A program made the position numbers and the translations under genes. A stretch of DNA of 64,000 bases from assembly GCA_029838195.1 (NCBI GenBank), contig JALGVJ010000016.1, positions 29,733 through 93,732 on the forward strand, in the 5' to 3' direction. The DNA comes from Promethearchaeota archaeon. GTDB lineage: Archaea; Asgardarchaeota; Lokiarchaeia; Sigyniarchaeales; SOKP01. The notes under the pieces were generated by a model. It did no database searches. It had not been told where the DNA came from and was given only the letters and a program-made list of their open reading frames with translations. Below, piece by piece: positions 31,879 through 42,535 of the stretch; positions within the stretch are counted from its first letter, which is position 1; each line of letters begins with the position of its first letter.

Positions 31879-32357
31879 ATTGATTAATTTTTATTTATCC
31901 TCAATGATGTTATTAAATTCCAGTTTTATTTTTTTTATTTTTAATACAATTATCTCCTTACTTAAATATTAAAGATTAAGGGGTAATTTTTTCCCTTTTT
32001 CTTTTATTTCATTTTTTTTATTTACGGGTTGTATAGAAATTTCTTCAAAAATCCAATTTATTAGTCTTAGTCTCGCATTATAAAGTTCTCTTTCTATTTC
32101 AAATAATTTCAAGATAATAAGCCTCACGATATCCTCATGTTACAATGATAATAGGAAATTCTTTTATTAATTAAAGTAATATATACATGTACATTTAAGA
32201 GGAATTAAAACAAGGAGGATGCTAATATTAATAATTTTTCGCTTGGTTAAATGCTATTTTTAACTTTAAATCTACCTTTAGAACTTAAAATGAGATTTAC
32301 ATTCAATATTCATCTTAAAGGTAGCTCCTTCATGCGAAAAATGAATCCTTAAAATTC

Positions 32358-32582
32358 TCAATTCATTAATGTCAATTCGTTGATCATTAAGATTCTTTTT
32401 TGACATTTTTCTTGCTTGGTATTAAAGTCAATTTCAAAAATTTCGATGACTCCCTCATCATCTTTAGGGATGTAATCCATGATGGCTTTTACGACTTCTT
32501 CCATGGTATAACGATTAATTTTTAAACTTTTCTTTCCCTTGCCTTTAAATATAGCCCGATAAAATTTATTATAAGACTGCAT
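32358..32582 (-). CDS. Small hypothetical protein (74 aa)
   Basis: Non-overlapping ORF with globular-looking composition; no recognised motif. Confidence 0.55.
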   Translation of the reverse strand: MQSYNKFYRAIFKGKGKKSLKINRYTMEEVVKAIMDYIPKDDEGVIEIFEIDFNTKQEKCQKRILMINELTLMN

Positions 32583-32813
32583 GGTAAAGAACCTACAAAT
32601 GTTAGGTAATAGAAGATGTATTTAAATCCAAACAAAAACAAACATTTATATACCATGAATCAAATCTACCATGAAATGAAAGTTAAAGGGATTTGAAAAT
32701 AATGCAGTGTCTGACCCCTAATTCTTGAAAAACTTAATTTAAGCTGCCGGATAAGAATAAATAAATTATAAAAAATATTTTCTAATATATTTATAAAGGA
32801 TGGCTTAAAAAAC

Positions 32814-33725
32814 ATGAAGCAGAAAAGTACTCTTCCGCAACCAAAAGATAATCTTAAATTTATTGACGTCCATTGTCACCTTCCTTTTCCAAGACCGGCA
32901 AGAGATACACTTCCTTCGGATATGGCCCAGATAGAATCTTATTTCAAAATGGGAGGTCTCTATCTGATTTCTAGTACCATAGACATGTATACCCTTAAAT
33001 TAACGTTAAAATTTAAAAAAAATATGAAAAATTATGGGTTCACCTGTGGATGGGCGCCTCAAACCGTGACATATACCTCGAAAAAGGAGCATGAACTCCA
33101 ATGGAAGGAATGGAAGAAATATGTAAACGACCATCCCCATGAATTTTTAGCCATTGGAGAAATTGGCTTAGATTTTCATCATGCTACAACCTTGGAAAAG
33201 CGAGAAAAACAAGTAGATGTGCTGAAAAAAATTTTTGAATTTACAATTCCCTTAGAAAAACCGTATGTATTACACGTGAGAAATGCCGCCGCCCCTAAGG
33301 AGATAGATAAAGCCCATCCTGATCATGAATTTAATCATGAAGATGGCGCAAACAAAGAAATTTTAAGAATTATTAAGGAATTTCGCATTCCTCCTCAAAG
33401 AGTCATGTGGCATTGCTTTTCTGGCCCTCAGAAGTATGGTAAGATCCTTTCTCAACAAGGTTTTACATTATCCGTTCCGAGTTCGGCATTTGGCTTCAAA
33501 AAATGGAGAGAAGTAATCAAAGAAGCCTCTTTAAGTTCGTTAGTTACGGAAACGGATAGCTATTATCAACATCCTTTCAAAAGAGGTCCCATAAACGTTC
33601 CAGCAAATGTGAGATATTCTATTGCGGCCATTGCTTTTACTCTTGATGTATCCCAAGAAGAGGTAAGCAAAACGACAATTGAAAACGCTAAGAATTTTTT
33701 TAATCTTGAACTTGAAGCCTCTTGA
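32814..33725 (+). CDS. tatD: TatD-family nuclease
   Basis: DVHCHL, IGEIGLDF, LHVR, WHCFSG, ETDS. Confidence 0.88.
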   Translation: MKQKSTLPQPKDNLKFIDVHCHLPFPRPARDTLPSDMAQIESYFKMGGLYLISSTIDMYTLKLTLKFKKNMKNYGFTCGWAPQTVTYTSKKEHELQWKEWKKYVNDHPHEFLAIGEIGLDFHHATTLEKREKQVDVLKKIFEFTIPLEKPYVLHVRNAAAPKEIDKAHPDHEFNHEDGANKEILRIIKEFRIPPQRVMWHCFSGPQKYGKILSQQGFTLSVPSSAFGFKKWREVIKEASLSSLVTETDSYYQHPFKRGPINVPANVRYSIAAIAFTLDVSQEEVSKTTIENAKNFFNLELEAS

Positions 33726-33752
33726 AAAACACGACGAGATCTTATTTTAATG

Positions 33753-34145
33753 TTATTTTCTAGTTTCTAATACGTGGTGTTTTGGTATGAAGCAAGTGAA
33801 TTCTCCCTCAAACACGCTTGAATTTTCAAATCTCACGTCGACATGAACAAAAATTTTTTTCCCTTCCTTTTTGGTAATAATGGCTTCAGCAATAATTGTT
33901 TGCCCTTCTCTGACAGGTTTAAGAAATTTAACATGTGCCGCTCCTAATACCACGTTTGGATGATTTATTGCAAGCATTGCAGCATGGTCGGCTAAACTAA
34001 AGATGAATCCCCCATGTATGAGCCCGGTCTTATCTGCACGCATTTTATTAGTTGTCAGGAGTTCTATTTTGCTATATCCTTCTTGTAATAAAATGGGTGT
34101 TCCGCTTAACTCTTTATTAATCTCTTCATGTGTTTGTTGTTTCAT
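33753..34145 (-). CDS. PaaI-like hotdog-fold thioesterase
   Basis: GLIHGGFIFSLADHAAM, VKFLKPV. Confidence 0.88.
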   Translation of the reverse strand: MKQQTHEEINKELSGTPILLQEGYSKIELLTTNKMRADKTGLIHGGFIFSLADHAAMLAINHPNVVLGAAHVKFLKPVREGQTIIAEAIITKKEGKKIFVHVDVRFENSSVFEGEFTCFIPKHHVLETRK

Positions 34146-34254
34146 GGACTCACGTCTCTTATCGTTCTAAATAATAATTTTAGAAAAAAAAAGGTGAGAA
34201 AATAATGATTTATTACTCATCCATTATTTTTCCATATTATTAAAAAAACCTTGA

Positions 34255-34782
34255 ATGATAAAAAAAATGAAAATAGGCATAATATATTTTTCTAATACGG
34301 GAAATACGGAAAAAATTGCTAGAGCGATGGCCAATGCCTTATCTGACCATGAAGTGGATCTTTGTTCAGTAAATGGCGCTGATAATACTAATTTAAGTAA
34401 ATATGACCTTTTATTTCTCGGCTCAGGAGTGTATGCTAGTAGAGCAAGTAATACTCTTATTAAATTTATAAGCTCGGCACCAGCATTACCAAAAAAAATT
34501 GCCTTGTTTTGCACTCATGAAAGCTTGCAATTTTACCAAAAACCCTTTAAAAAATTAGAAAAAGTGTTTCAAAAGCAAGGCTGTTCTGTCATTGGAGAAT
34601 TCGACTGCGTTGGAGAAAATCTTGGCATGAAAATGGAAGATAGGATGAAAATGATTGAATCTCTCCCTCCGGATAAAAGAGAAGAAGTTAAAAAGTCTCT
34701 AGGGCTTTCTAAAGGACGCCCAAATGAGGAAGATATGAGCAATGCTAAAAAATTTGCCTTGGAAATGATAAAAAAATTATAA
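34255..34782 (+). CDS. Flavodoxin family protein
   Basis: YFSNTGNTEKIA, YDLLFLGSGVY, ALFCTH, GRP. Confidence 0.85.
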   Translation: MIKKMKIGIIYFSNTGNTEKIARAMANALSDHEVDLCSVNGADNTNLSKYDLLFLGSGVYASRASNTLIKFISSAPALPKKIALFCTHESLQFYQKPFKKLEKVFQKQGCSVIGEFDCVGENLGMKMEDRMKMIESLPPDKREEVKKSLGLSKGRPNEEDMSNAKKFALEMIKKL

Positions 34783-35025
34783 CTCTATTTTTCTTTTCCT
34801 TTTGGTCAAGCATCCATTCCATGTACATGATGATGGGAAGATACTTATATTTTATTCTAATTCTATAAGATTTTATATTGTAGTTAATAAAAAATGAGTT
34901 TAATTAAAATCTGCCTAAATGCATTAAATTTAAAAGATCCTCTAAAAAGATCTAATTGTAAGAGAATTTTTTTCACGTGAGCTAATTCATGCTTAATTTA
35001 AAAAAAGAAATGAAGAGGTTAAAAA

Positions 35026-35826
35026 ATGGAAAACAAATTTTTAACGGGAAAAACAGCCTTAATTACTGGCGCTGCAAGTGGATTTGGGAGAGAAATGGCC
35101 ATCCAATTTGCTAAAAAGGGGGCCGATCTCTTGCTTAATGATATAAACATGGAAGGTCTTGAAGAAACAGAACAATTAATATTGAAAGAAGCCTCCCCAA
35201 AAATAATATTACATAAGGCAGATATATCCGATTCAGATCAAACGAAATTAATGGCCAAAAAAGCCTTTAAAGAATTTGATAATATCTTTGTCATTATTAA
35301 TAATGCAGGAATTTCCGGTACTTTGAGTACTTCTCTTAAAACAAAGGAGGAAGTCTATGATAGAGTCATGAAAGTTAATGTAAAAGGCGCCTGGAACGTG
35401 ACCAAAGCCTTTTTTAGAAACATGAAACGCCAAAAGCAATTTTCTCCCGTCGTTGGAAAAATCATAAATATTGCATCTATTGCCGGAACAGCTAATGGAA
35501 TAAACCCTTACTTAGGAATATATAGTGCGAGTAAAGCAGCGTTAATAGCTTTGACCAAACTATGGGCTCTTGAATTAGGAGCTGCTAACATCACGGTAAA
35601 CGCGATTTCTCCTGGATTATTCGTCACTCCTATATATAAAGATTCCCCTGAATTAATTCATAAATTGAGAGAAATGCGGGGTGTAAGGCTTCCTATTGAC
35701 CGGCTTGGAGAAACGAGAGAAGTTGCTGGTGTAGCACTATTTTTAGCATCTCCCGCCGCAGATTATATTACCGGGGAAAATATCATCATAGATGGAGGAA
35801 TGTCGATTTCAATTAATAAACTATGA
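35026..35826 (+). CDS. SDR family oxidoreductase
   Basis: TGAASGFG, NNAG, YSASK, VNAISPG, DGG. Confidence 0.92.
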   Translation: MENKFLTGKTALITGAASGFGREMAIQFAKKGADLLLNDINMEGLEETEQLILKEASPKIILHKADISDSDQTKLMAKKAFKEFDNIFVIINNAGISGTLSTSLKTKEEVYDRVMKVNVKGAWNVTKAFFRNMKRQKQFSPVVGKIINIASIAGTANGINPYLGIYSASKAALIALTKLWALELGAANITVNAISPGLFVTPIYKDSPELIHKLREMRGVRLPIDRLGETREVAGVALFLASPAADYITGENIIIDGGMSISINKL

Positions 35827-36021
35827 AAAAAAGTTAGCCATGGTGTATTATTAAGACCGCTTTCTTTTTTACCGGTTTTATTTTTTTTCCCATTTATTTC
35901 TTTCCATTGAAAAAGAAGCAATTAAATTTTTCTTTGAAAATACCAGAGTAGAATATTTTAAAACATGATATTCAAAGGTTAATACTTTAAAAAAAATAGT
36001 AAAAAAGATATTAAAAAAAAA

Positions 36022-37503
36022 TTATTTTAATCCTTTTAAATGCCTACCCATTATATTCTTTCGAGTGACTCTATCGCCCGTTTTTTCTCGCCATTTTTTT
36101 AATCTTCCTTTTAAATCTACGAGGATCTTTTCATGCTTGGAGTCATTAATCAAGTTATTAAGTTCAAAAGGATCTTTTTCTAAATCATATAATTCATCCA
36201 TATCCCCCTCGTTATAAATATATTTGTAATGATCCTTTACGATTAATCTCCCCAAGTGGGACGAAAAATGTCCGTGTGTCTCTACCATGAGATCTTCCCG
36301 AAAATCATCTAATTCTCCCCTTAATAAAGGTAGTAAGCTCGTGCCCGGCAAAGGCGTCTTAAAAGAAGTCCCCGCAATATCTAAAAATGTCGGAACTAAA
36401 TCGATTAAACTTACCAGTTCATCTCTTACTTGCCCCTTTTCAATTTCTCCCGGAAATTTAATGGCCATGGGTATTCGCACCATTTCTTCAGGCATGTATG
36501 CATTTTTGTCGAAATGACCTCCATGGCACGCAAGTCCATCGCCATGATCTGTCGTCCAAACAATAATAGTATTTTCTGTTAATCCTAATTCTTTAATTTT
36601 CTCAAGGATTCTTCCAGCCGCATCGTCGATTTGTGTTTGTTGAGCATAATTACAGGCCAAGACTTCTTGCCATTCCTCCCAAGGAACCGGATTTGGATAA
36701 ATTAATTTTTTATTTTTACTAATGCGATAATGATGGTCATATTGATAAATTTTTGGCTTATCACTCAAATCATCTTCGAAATTCGGACGTTTTGGAATTT
36801 TTTTCGGATCATATTGGTCAAAAAATTCTCTTGCCGGAAAATAGGGTTGATGCGGTCCCCAAAAATCAATACGCATGTGAAAAGGTTGACTGGTTTTTGA
36901 ACGTGCTATTTCTTCTAATTTTTTGCAAGCCAAGTGAGCTAAAAAATAAGATTCATGAGTTTCTTTAGGCGTAGTAATCACGCCTGCCGCATTTTCAGAA
37001 TAAACGGACAATTTTGGTTTATACATCATGCCTTTTTTCAAATTCGCTTGGAAACTTTGAATGATCTCTACTTCGATGTAAGGCAAGTCCCTCTCTTTCA
37101 AGTATTCTTCATAGTCGGGCGTAATATACGGGTTTCCATAACTTGGATAACTATAACCTTCGCAACCGAGATCATGGGCTGTTCCTGGTCCCGCATGCCA
37201 CTTACCAAAATAATAATTATGATACCCTTGTTTGGCGAGAGCTGGGATGTACGTTTCCTCTGTAAATGGAACAAGCGAATCATTCTTTATTTCTCCATGG
37301 GTATGAGAAAAAAGTCCGTTCAGCATGGTCCTCCTGGCGGGCCCGCACAGCGGCGTGCATGTACATGCACGCGTGAAAATGGCTCCCTCTTTTCCTAATC
37401 TTTCAAAATTAGGACGTCTTATTTCTGGACCTCCGACCATTTTTCCGTGGCCATAATAGGCTTGATGGTCATTTAAAATGAAAATTATATTTGGCTTTGC
37501 CAT
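36022..37503 (-). CDS. Formylglycine-dependent sulfatase
   Basis: PNIIFILNDH, CGPAR (CxPxR), GKWH, PHQPY, TDHGD, ELYDLEKDPFELNNL. Confidence 0.92.
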   Translation of the reverse strand: MAKPNIIFILNDHQAYYGHGKMVGGPEIRRPNFERLGKEGAIFTRACTCTPLCGPARRTMLNGLFSHTHGEIKNDSLVPFTEETYIPALAKQGYHNYYFGKWHAGPGTAHDLGCEGYSYPSYGNPYITPDYEEYLKERDLPYIEVEIIQSFQANLKKGMMYKPKLSVYSENAAGVITTPKETHESYFLAHLACKKLEEIARSKTSQPFHMRIDFWGPHQPYFPAREFFDQYDPKKIPKRPNFEDDLSDKPKIYQYDHHYRISKNKKLIYPNPVPWEEWQEVLACNYAQQTQIDDAAGRILEKIKELGLTENTIIVWTTDHGDGLACHGGHFDKNAYMPEEMVRIPMAIKFPGEIEKGQVRDELVSLIDLVPTFLDIAGTSFKTPLPGTSLLPLLRGELDDFREDLMVETHGHFSSHLGRLIVKDHYKYIYNEGDMDELYDLEKDPFELNNLINDSKHEKILVDLKGRLKKWREKTGDRVTRKNIMGRHLKGLK

Positions 37504-37583
37504 TTTGTTTTAACCTACTTATTTTTTTATAATTGAAAAAATTACGTGAGATCAATGAGCCTTGATTTTATTTAGAAGAACCT

Positions 37584-37745
37584 TTATTGTTCCTTGAGAT
37601 ACTTGATGACAAGTCTACTGATAAGCATGGAAAAAAACAATGTGCCCAATAAAATAATGGAAATGAGCTCTACATCTACATCATAGCCTTCTAATTTGAA
37701 ACCCGGCGGTTCTTCTAATAAAAATGAAATGATGCTTGCTATCAT
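37584..37745 (-). CDS. Small single-pass membrane protein resembling a stand-alone Loki-CTERM-type sorting segment (53 aa)
   Basis: MIASIISFLLEEPPGFKLEGYDVDVELISIILLGTLFFSMLISRLVIKYLKEQ*; co-oriented between 37805 and the sulfatase; below the ORF-track cutoff. Confidence 0.55.
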   Translation of the reverse strand: MIASIISFLLEEPPGFKLEGYDVDVELISIILLGTLFFSMLISRLVIKYLKEQ

Positions 37746-37804
37746 GTGGCTCAATTACAAGTTAGAAAAATTATATAGAAAAAAAGTAGCATTCTTTATA
37801 ATAT

Positions 37805-38998
37805 CTATTTTTTTCCCGAGCTCCTTCGCTCAATTCCTACTTGATCTAAAATCTCTAATAAATCTACTATTTCTAACCCTCCCGCATGTTTTTCATTCGC
37901 ATCACTTAAATTCGTGCGGCAAAAAGGACAAACCGAAGATAAGACCGTGGCTCCCGTTGCTTGAGCTTCTTTAATTCGTTCTTCGGAAATTTCTATAGCC
38001 CATTCGGGATAGCCTATTTTCACGCCTCCTCCTGCTCCACAACACCACGCATGATTTCTATTTCTTTCCATTTCTACAAGTGTTAAGCCCGGAATTTTCT
38101 TGTATATCTCACGAGGTGTTTGATAAAGTCCCATGTGTCTCCCTAAATGACAAGGATCATGATAGGTTACTTTTTTATTATAGGTTGTTTTAAACTGTAA
38201 TTTATTCGCATCGAATAACTCCTTGAGTAGTTCTACCGTGTGATATACTTCAAAATCTAGGCTCACTCCAAATTTTTCGAAATCTTTTTTCATGGTCCTA
38301 TAACAACCCGCACAGCTTGTCACGACCTTTGAAGCTCCCGTCTTCCTTATTTGTTCAACATTATACACCATGAAATCTTTTACAATATCTACTTGACCCG
38401 TTCTTATCATGGGACTCGTACAACAATGCTCATCAATTAAAGTAAAATTAATACCGGCATTTTTGAGAAATCGAAGAGTGGCGTCCCTAATGGTTTTCTG
38501 ACGATAATTAGACGTGCAACCTATGAAATACACCCATTCTGCCTTCTCAGGAAGATTATAGTGCCTTTTTAAATCTTCATTCGTTGAATTGGGTTCTCCA
38601 TAAGGGTTGAATGTTTGTAATGCCCGGTCTACTAAAGCTGCTTGATTAGGTCCTGGCCCAACATGTTTGACCGCCATCTCTCTTAAAGCTTCAATCATAT
38701 CGATTATAAAATCTGCGTGAGGGGCTTGACATGAATCAGCACATGCTCCACAAGTAGTGCAAGCAAAAATCGGGTGCTTTATATCCTCCGTCCAATCTAA
38801 ATCTCCGTTAATCAGCCCTCTAATTAGGCGAATTCGACCTGAAGCCCAATAGGACTCGAATAAAAAAGTTTCCCCAGAGGGACATGATGGTGCAAAACCT
38901 TTGTAACTGTATTTGCATGTCGAGCATTTTAAACAATGCTTAAACGCGAGTTCCAGAACTTCCTTTCCCTTAATATCTTCTTTAATTTCGATTCCCAT
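37805..38998 (-). CDS. HdrD/GlcF-like Fe-S oxidoreductase (2x[4Fe-4S] plus two CCG domains)
   Basis: CLKCSTC, CTTCGACADSC, FIGC, HCC, TSCAGC, YHDPCHLGR, WCCGAGGG, VCPFC. Confidence 0.9.
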   Translation of the reverse strand: MGIEIKEDIKGKEVLELAFKHCLKCSTCKYSYKGFAPSCPSGETFLFESYWASGRIRLIRGLINGDLDWTEDIKHPIFACTTCGACADSCQAPHADFIIDMIEALREMAVKHVGPGPNQAALVDRALQTFNPYGEPNSTNEDLKRHYNLPEKAEWVYFIGCTSNYRQKTIRDATLRFLKNAGINFTLIDEHCCTSPMIRTGQVDIVKDFMVYNVEQIRKTGASKVVTSCAGCYRTMKKDFEKFGVSLDFEVYHTVELLKELFDANKLQFKTTYNKKVTYHDPCHLGRHMGLYQTPREIYKKIPGLTLVEMERNRNHAWCCGAGGGVKIGYPEWAIEISEERIKEAQATGATVLSSVCPFCRTNLSDANEKHAGGLEIVDLLEILDQVGIERRSSGKK

Positions 38999-39181
38999 GC
39001 GGAAAAACCCATATTATTTTAATTTATAATACTTGTCTTGAAAATCCATGCGAAACGTAAATCAATACTCTTAATGTGTATTTAGTGGTATTAAAATTTA
39101 ATTCTTTTTTAAATTAATTTTTCCCTCTCCCTCCTCAGGGTCTTAATAAAAGAAGCAAGAAGTTATTTATTTGGAGGATGA

Positions 39182-39439
39182 TTTAGAACTAGGACTATTT
39201 TTTTATTAATAATTTGGGGTTTTGTTCTTTCGCATGAAGAAACAGGCAGTTATACGGGATTATTTTACATGTTTTGGTACATGGCCTCTTCTATAGGTCG
39301 TTTCATCATCGGATTTTTTATTGATTTAACGGCCATGAGCTTTTATTTTTTAATTCTGGCGATGTTCGTGATTAGTTCATTCATTCTCATGCTTTTTGTT
39401 AAAAGAGAGGCTCGTCTTGAATTAAATGGAGAAATCTAG
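39182..39439 (+). pseudogene. C-terminal fragment of an MFS transporter
   Basis: Start-less frame ...IWGFVLSHEETGSYTGLFYMFWYMASSIGRFIIGFFIDLTAMSFYFLILAMFVISSFILMLFVKRE...*, matching the last MFS helices. Confidence 0.55.
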
Positions 39440-39666
39440 AACCAAAAAAATGAGAAATCTTAAATTCTAATTGTTTTTTATTGTACAATCGCATTATTTT
39501 TTAATGCATTGTTAATGATGAATCTAATCTCCTGAAAGATCAAATGGAGTTCTTGATATTACTTAATTCTTAGTGCATTCTCCACGTTTTCATTGATCTG
39601 GCAAAATAATTCAATCCAAATCAGTAGAAAAACACGAGAATAAATTTTAACGAGGAGGTCACGTTT

Positions 39667-41145
39667 TTAAGTATTCCATCGTCCCGGATTAAATATTCCG
39701 TTCGGATCCATGGTTTTTTTAATCTTTTCAAACAGTTTTATCCATCCTGGATTGATTATTTTTCTCATCTTTTCCGTGAGCCACGTTGGAGTTTTATAAG
39801 GAATGGCACCTTCTGCAATCAACGCATCAGCAAACTCATTCATCAACGCACGCACCTTTTCTTCATCCTTAAATTTATCATAGCGAATGATGGGTCGAAA
39901 GATGCAAAAATGCGAATATTTCATGGGTTTAATGTACAGGAAGAACGGAATGTTATATTTTTCAAATAGTGCATCCACCTTCGCTGACATGATTTCTATC
40001 TTATGCGTCGGGGCATAACTTCCAAACCACGTCAATCCAGAATATTCTACTAAGGAAAGGACCATGGAAGGCACATCAATGTAGCAACGCAATCTTAAAT
40101 TCAATATTTTTAAAAATTCGTCAAAATGTTCCACCGCATAAACGTCTTTTCCCTTTTTAATTAATTTGTTGACAACGTCTAAATAGATCTCCTTCTTGGC
40201 CTCAAATTCTTTTTTCGTATGAGCGGAAATCTTAGCAATGGAAAACATCCGAGGTTCACCCGGAAACCTTTTTGGTTCTGGAATCTCACAGCACATTTTT
40301 ATCACTTCGGAGCTTGCGATGGCTATATCATCTACGACTTCTGATCTTCCGATTTCTCGGCAAACTTCTCCCACATCTTCTAAATTCTTGATTGTTAAAG
40401 CAAGTGTTTCATCAATGGGTAATTTGGGCCATAATTGAACGGCACATTTAGTGACGAGCCCGGTCATGCCCTGCCAATTAATGAATAAACCCATCAAGTC
40501 AGGGATCGGGTATCTGCACCACCAACTATCCGGATCGGCTTCTTCCTTGCCATAAAAGCAAGATCCAACGTGCACCACGTCTCCTTCTGCCGTAATTACT
40601 TCTAAACCATTGATGCTATCTGCCATGGAACCTAATTTACAAGAGAGATTATTCATTCCACTCAATAAGGCATTTCCAACCACGCTGGCGTAGGGCGGGG
40701 CATAGGGGTAAGAGTATCTAAGATTCGGATGATATTTATCCAAATAACTCTTGAGATGGCCGAATGTCACGCCGGGTTCTAAAATCGCATACATCATGTT
40801 TTCATTCACGTGTAAAATTTTATTCATTTTTTTACCAAAATCTACGATAATTCCCCCTCTTTCCGGAATGGTTAGTCCCCCCACGTTATTGCCCGTGATG
40901 TAGGGGACAATAGGAATAACTTTTTCATTGCAATATTTAACTAATTCAATTAATTGTTCTTTATTTTCAGGGATGACAACGAAATCCGGCATGTGAGGCT
41001 TGCTTTCCGTCATGTCGTACGAATAGGGATACAAGTCTGCTTGTTTATCAGAAATATTCGATTTACCAAAAATTTCAACCAATTTATTATAAATTTCCTC
41101 TTTACTTGCATTTTTAAAGGCAGGGGATTCTTTTACCGTCGTCAT
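39667..41145 (-). CDS. FAD-binding oxidoreductase, VAO/PCMH family (GlcD/alkyl-DHAP synthase-like)
   Basis: PDFVVIP, GGIIVDF..MNKIL, EPGVTF, ASVVGNAL, GLEV, IKKTMDPNGIFNPG. Confidence 0.88.
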   Translation of the reverse strand: MTTVKESPAFKNASKEEIYNKLVEIFGKSNISDKQADLYPYSYDMTESKPHMPDFVVIPENKEQLIELVKYCNEKVIPIVPYITGNNVGGLTIPERGGIIVDFGKKMNKILHVNENMMYAILEPGVTFGHLKSYLDKYHPNLRYSYPYAPPYASVVGNALLSGMNNLSCKLGSMADSINGLEVITAEGDVVHVGSCFYGKEEADPDSWWCRYPIPDLMGLFINWQGMTGLVTKCAVQLWPKLPIDETLALTIKNLEDVGEVCREIGRSEVVDDIAIASSEVIKMCCEIPEPKRFPGEPRMFSIAKISAHTKKEFEAKKEIYLDVVNKLIKKGKDVYAVEHFDEFLKILNLRLRCYIDVPSMVLSLVEYSGLTWFGSYAPTHKIEIMSAKVDALFEKYNIPFFLYIKPMKYSHFCIFRPIIRYDKFKDEEKVRALMNEFADALIAEGAIPYKTPTWLTEKMRKIINPGWIKLFEKIKKTMDPNGIFNPGRWNT

Positions 41146-41171
41146 GTTCGATTCACGCTTTCATGTTTTTT

Positions 41172-41606
41172 TTATTTAATAAATTTATCTATTTCATAAT
41201 AGTTTTGGGTAGGGTCGGCTGCCATGCGTTTCATGGTATCAAGAAATATTTTCATGAATTTTAGTAAGGTCTTAATTTTATAGATTCCTTTTATTTTCAA
41301 TTTTCCCTTCAAGAGAGCTTTCACGGGATTCAATTTTCCACTTGCTATTTTTAGCATTGTATTAAGGTCAATTTGCACGTGCAAATTTGCATTTTTAACG
41401 TGTTCTCTATCGAATTTAATCTCATTTCCCTGGAAAATAATAGCCAAGGGATAGAAAGGAATGATATGGAGCACGATTTTCTTGTTCCAATTTCGAATTA
41501 AATTAATGAATTGTTTATCATTTTTTCGATAATTAAGCATGTTATAAAGGGAAATTGAAATCAAATCTTCGGGTTCTTCAATCGAGATCTCATTCTCTGT
41601 ATGCAT
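41172..41606 (-). CDS. SCP2 sterol/acyl-binding domain protein
   Basis: MLKIASGKLNPVKALLKGKLKIKG is the SCP2 C-terminal signature. Confidence 0.82.
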   Translation of the reverse strand: MHTENEISIEEPEDLISISLYNMLNYRKNDKQFINLIRNWNKKIVLHIIPFYPLAIIFQGNEIKFDREHVKNANLHVQIDLNTMLKIASGKLNPVKALLKGKLKIKGIYKIKTLLKFMKIFLDTMKRMAADPTQNYYEIDKFIK

Positions 41607-41735
41607 TTTTTCTTGATACTTTATTTATTAATATGGATAGTTTTACTTTAGAAAACTAAATATTTAAACATTCTTAATAATGGTGGTTTTATATTTATTA
41701 GTGATAAATAAGTATCACGTGATATTACCACGATC

Positions 41736-42503
41736 GTGCCTGAAAAGGAGATAATTGCAGATATCAAAAAATATATTGAAGATCAACGGCAATCAAGTAA
41801 TTTCTACAGAGAAATTAGCACTAAATCAGATTTAAAGCGTTTTATTACATCGCACGAAATTCATGTTGCTTTAGATTCGCATAAAGAAATCATCCTCCAA
41901 GAAGAAACGGGATTGGAGTTGGGAGGGATGGGAAACACCTCTTATTCCTTGATATATCCTACGAATGAGTCCATCGAAATACACGATGGTACAATAATGG
42001 TGCTAGGTCCAGAAATAAATCAGCTCTCTCAATCATCGGTTGATTTTGCCCTTATCATTTTCATTAAGGGAAAAAACCTCACGCGAAAAATGCGCTCGCA
42101 CCTCAAGCACCTCTCGTTCCTCTCAGATGGAATCGAAGGATTTTCCATACGTAGCATTCCTCAGCGATTGTGGTGCAGGCTTACCAAAAATATTTTAAAA
42201 AGAAATTTTTCTTTCGAATTTTTGGCCAAAGCCTTCCTGTATCTTTATGAGGAAAAATATGGTTCATGGATTGAAAAGATCGAAATAATTTTAATAAATT
42301 CTTTGCCTGAGCTCATTGAGAGAATTAAAACCATGGGAATGAAACTTGATAAACTGGAAAGATTAAGGTGGAAGGAAAAAATTAATGAGTGGAAAAAGCG
42401 TTTAGATTGTGATTATAACTGGGATTGTATTACGTGCCCTTATACCGAAACGTGTGAAGAGCTAAGAAAAATAATAAGGTTAAGGAATGAAATTGAACCT
42501 TAA
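41736..42503 (+). CDS. Truncated acetyl-CoA synthase beta subunit (CdhC)-like protein with C-terminal 4-Cys motif
   Basis: IILQEETGLELGG, IHDGTIMVLGPEI, IEGFSIR...LWCRLTK...FSFE resemble the CdhC N-terminal domain; ends CDYNWDCITCPYTETC. Confidence 0.65.
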   Translation: MPEKEIIADIKKYIEDQRQSSNFYREISTKSDLKRFITSHEIHVALDSHKEIILQEETGLELGGMGNTSYSLIYPTNESIEIHDGTIMVLGPEINQLSQSSVDFALIIFIKGKNLTRKMRSHLKHLSFLSDGIEGFSIRSIPQRLWCRLTKNILKRNFSFEFLAKAFLYLYEEKYGSWIEKIEIILINSLPELIERIKTMGMKLDKLERLRWKEKINEWKKRLDCDYNWDCITCPYTETCEELRKIIRLRNEIEP

Positions 42504-42535
42504 TTTAATAAAATTAGATATGCTCGTGAGTAAAA

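Noticed and set aside
31970-32127. GTG-initiated ORF of about 50 codons on the minus strand
   Set aside because: No motif, runs through homopolymer tracts; cannot be supported.
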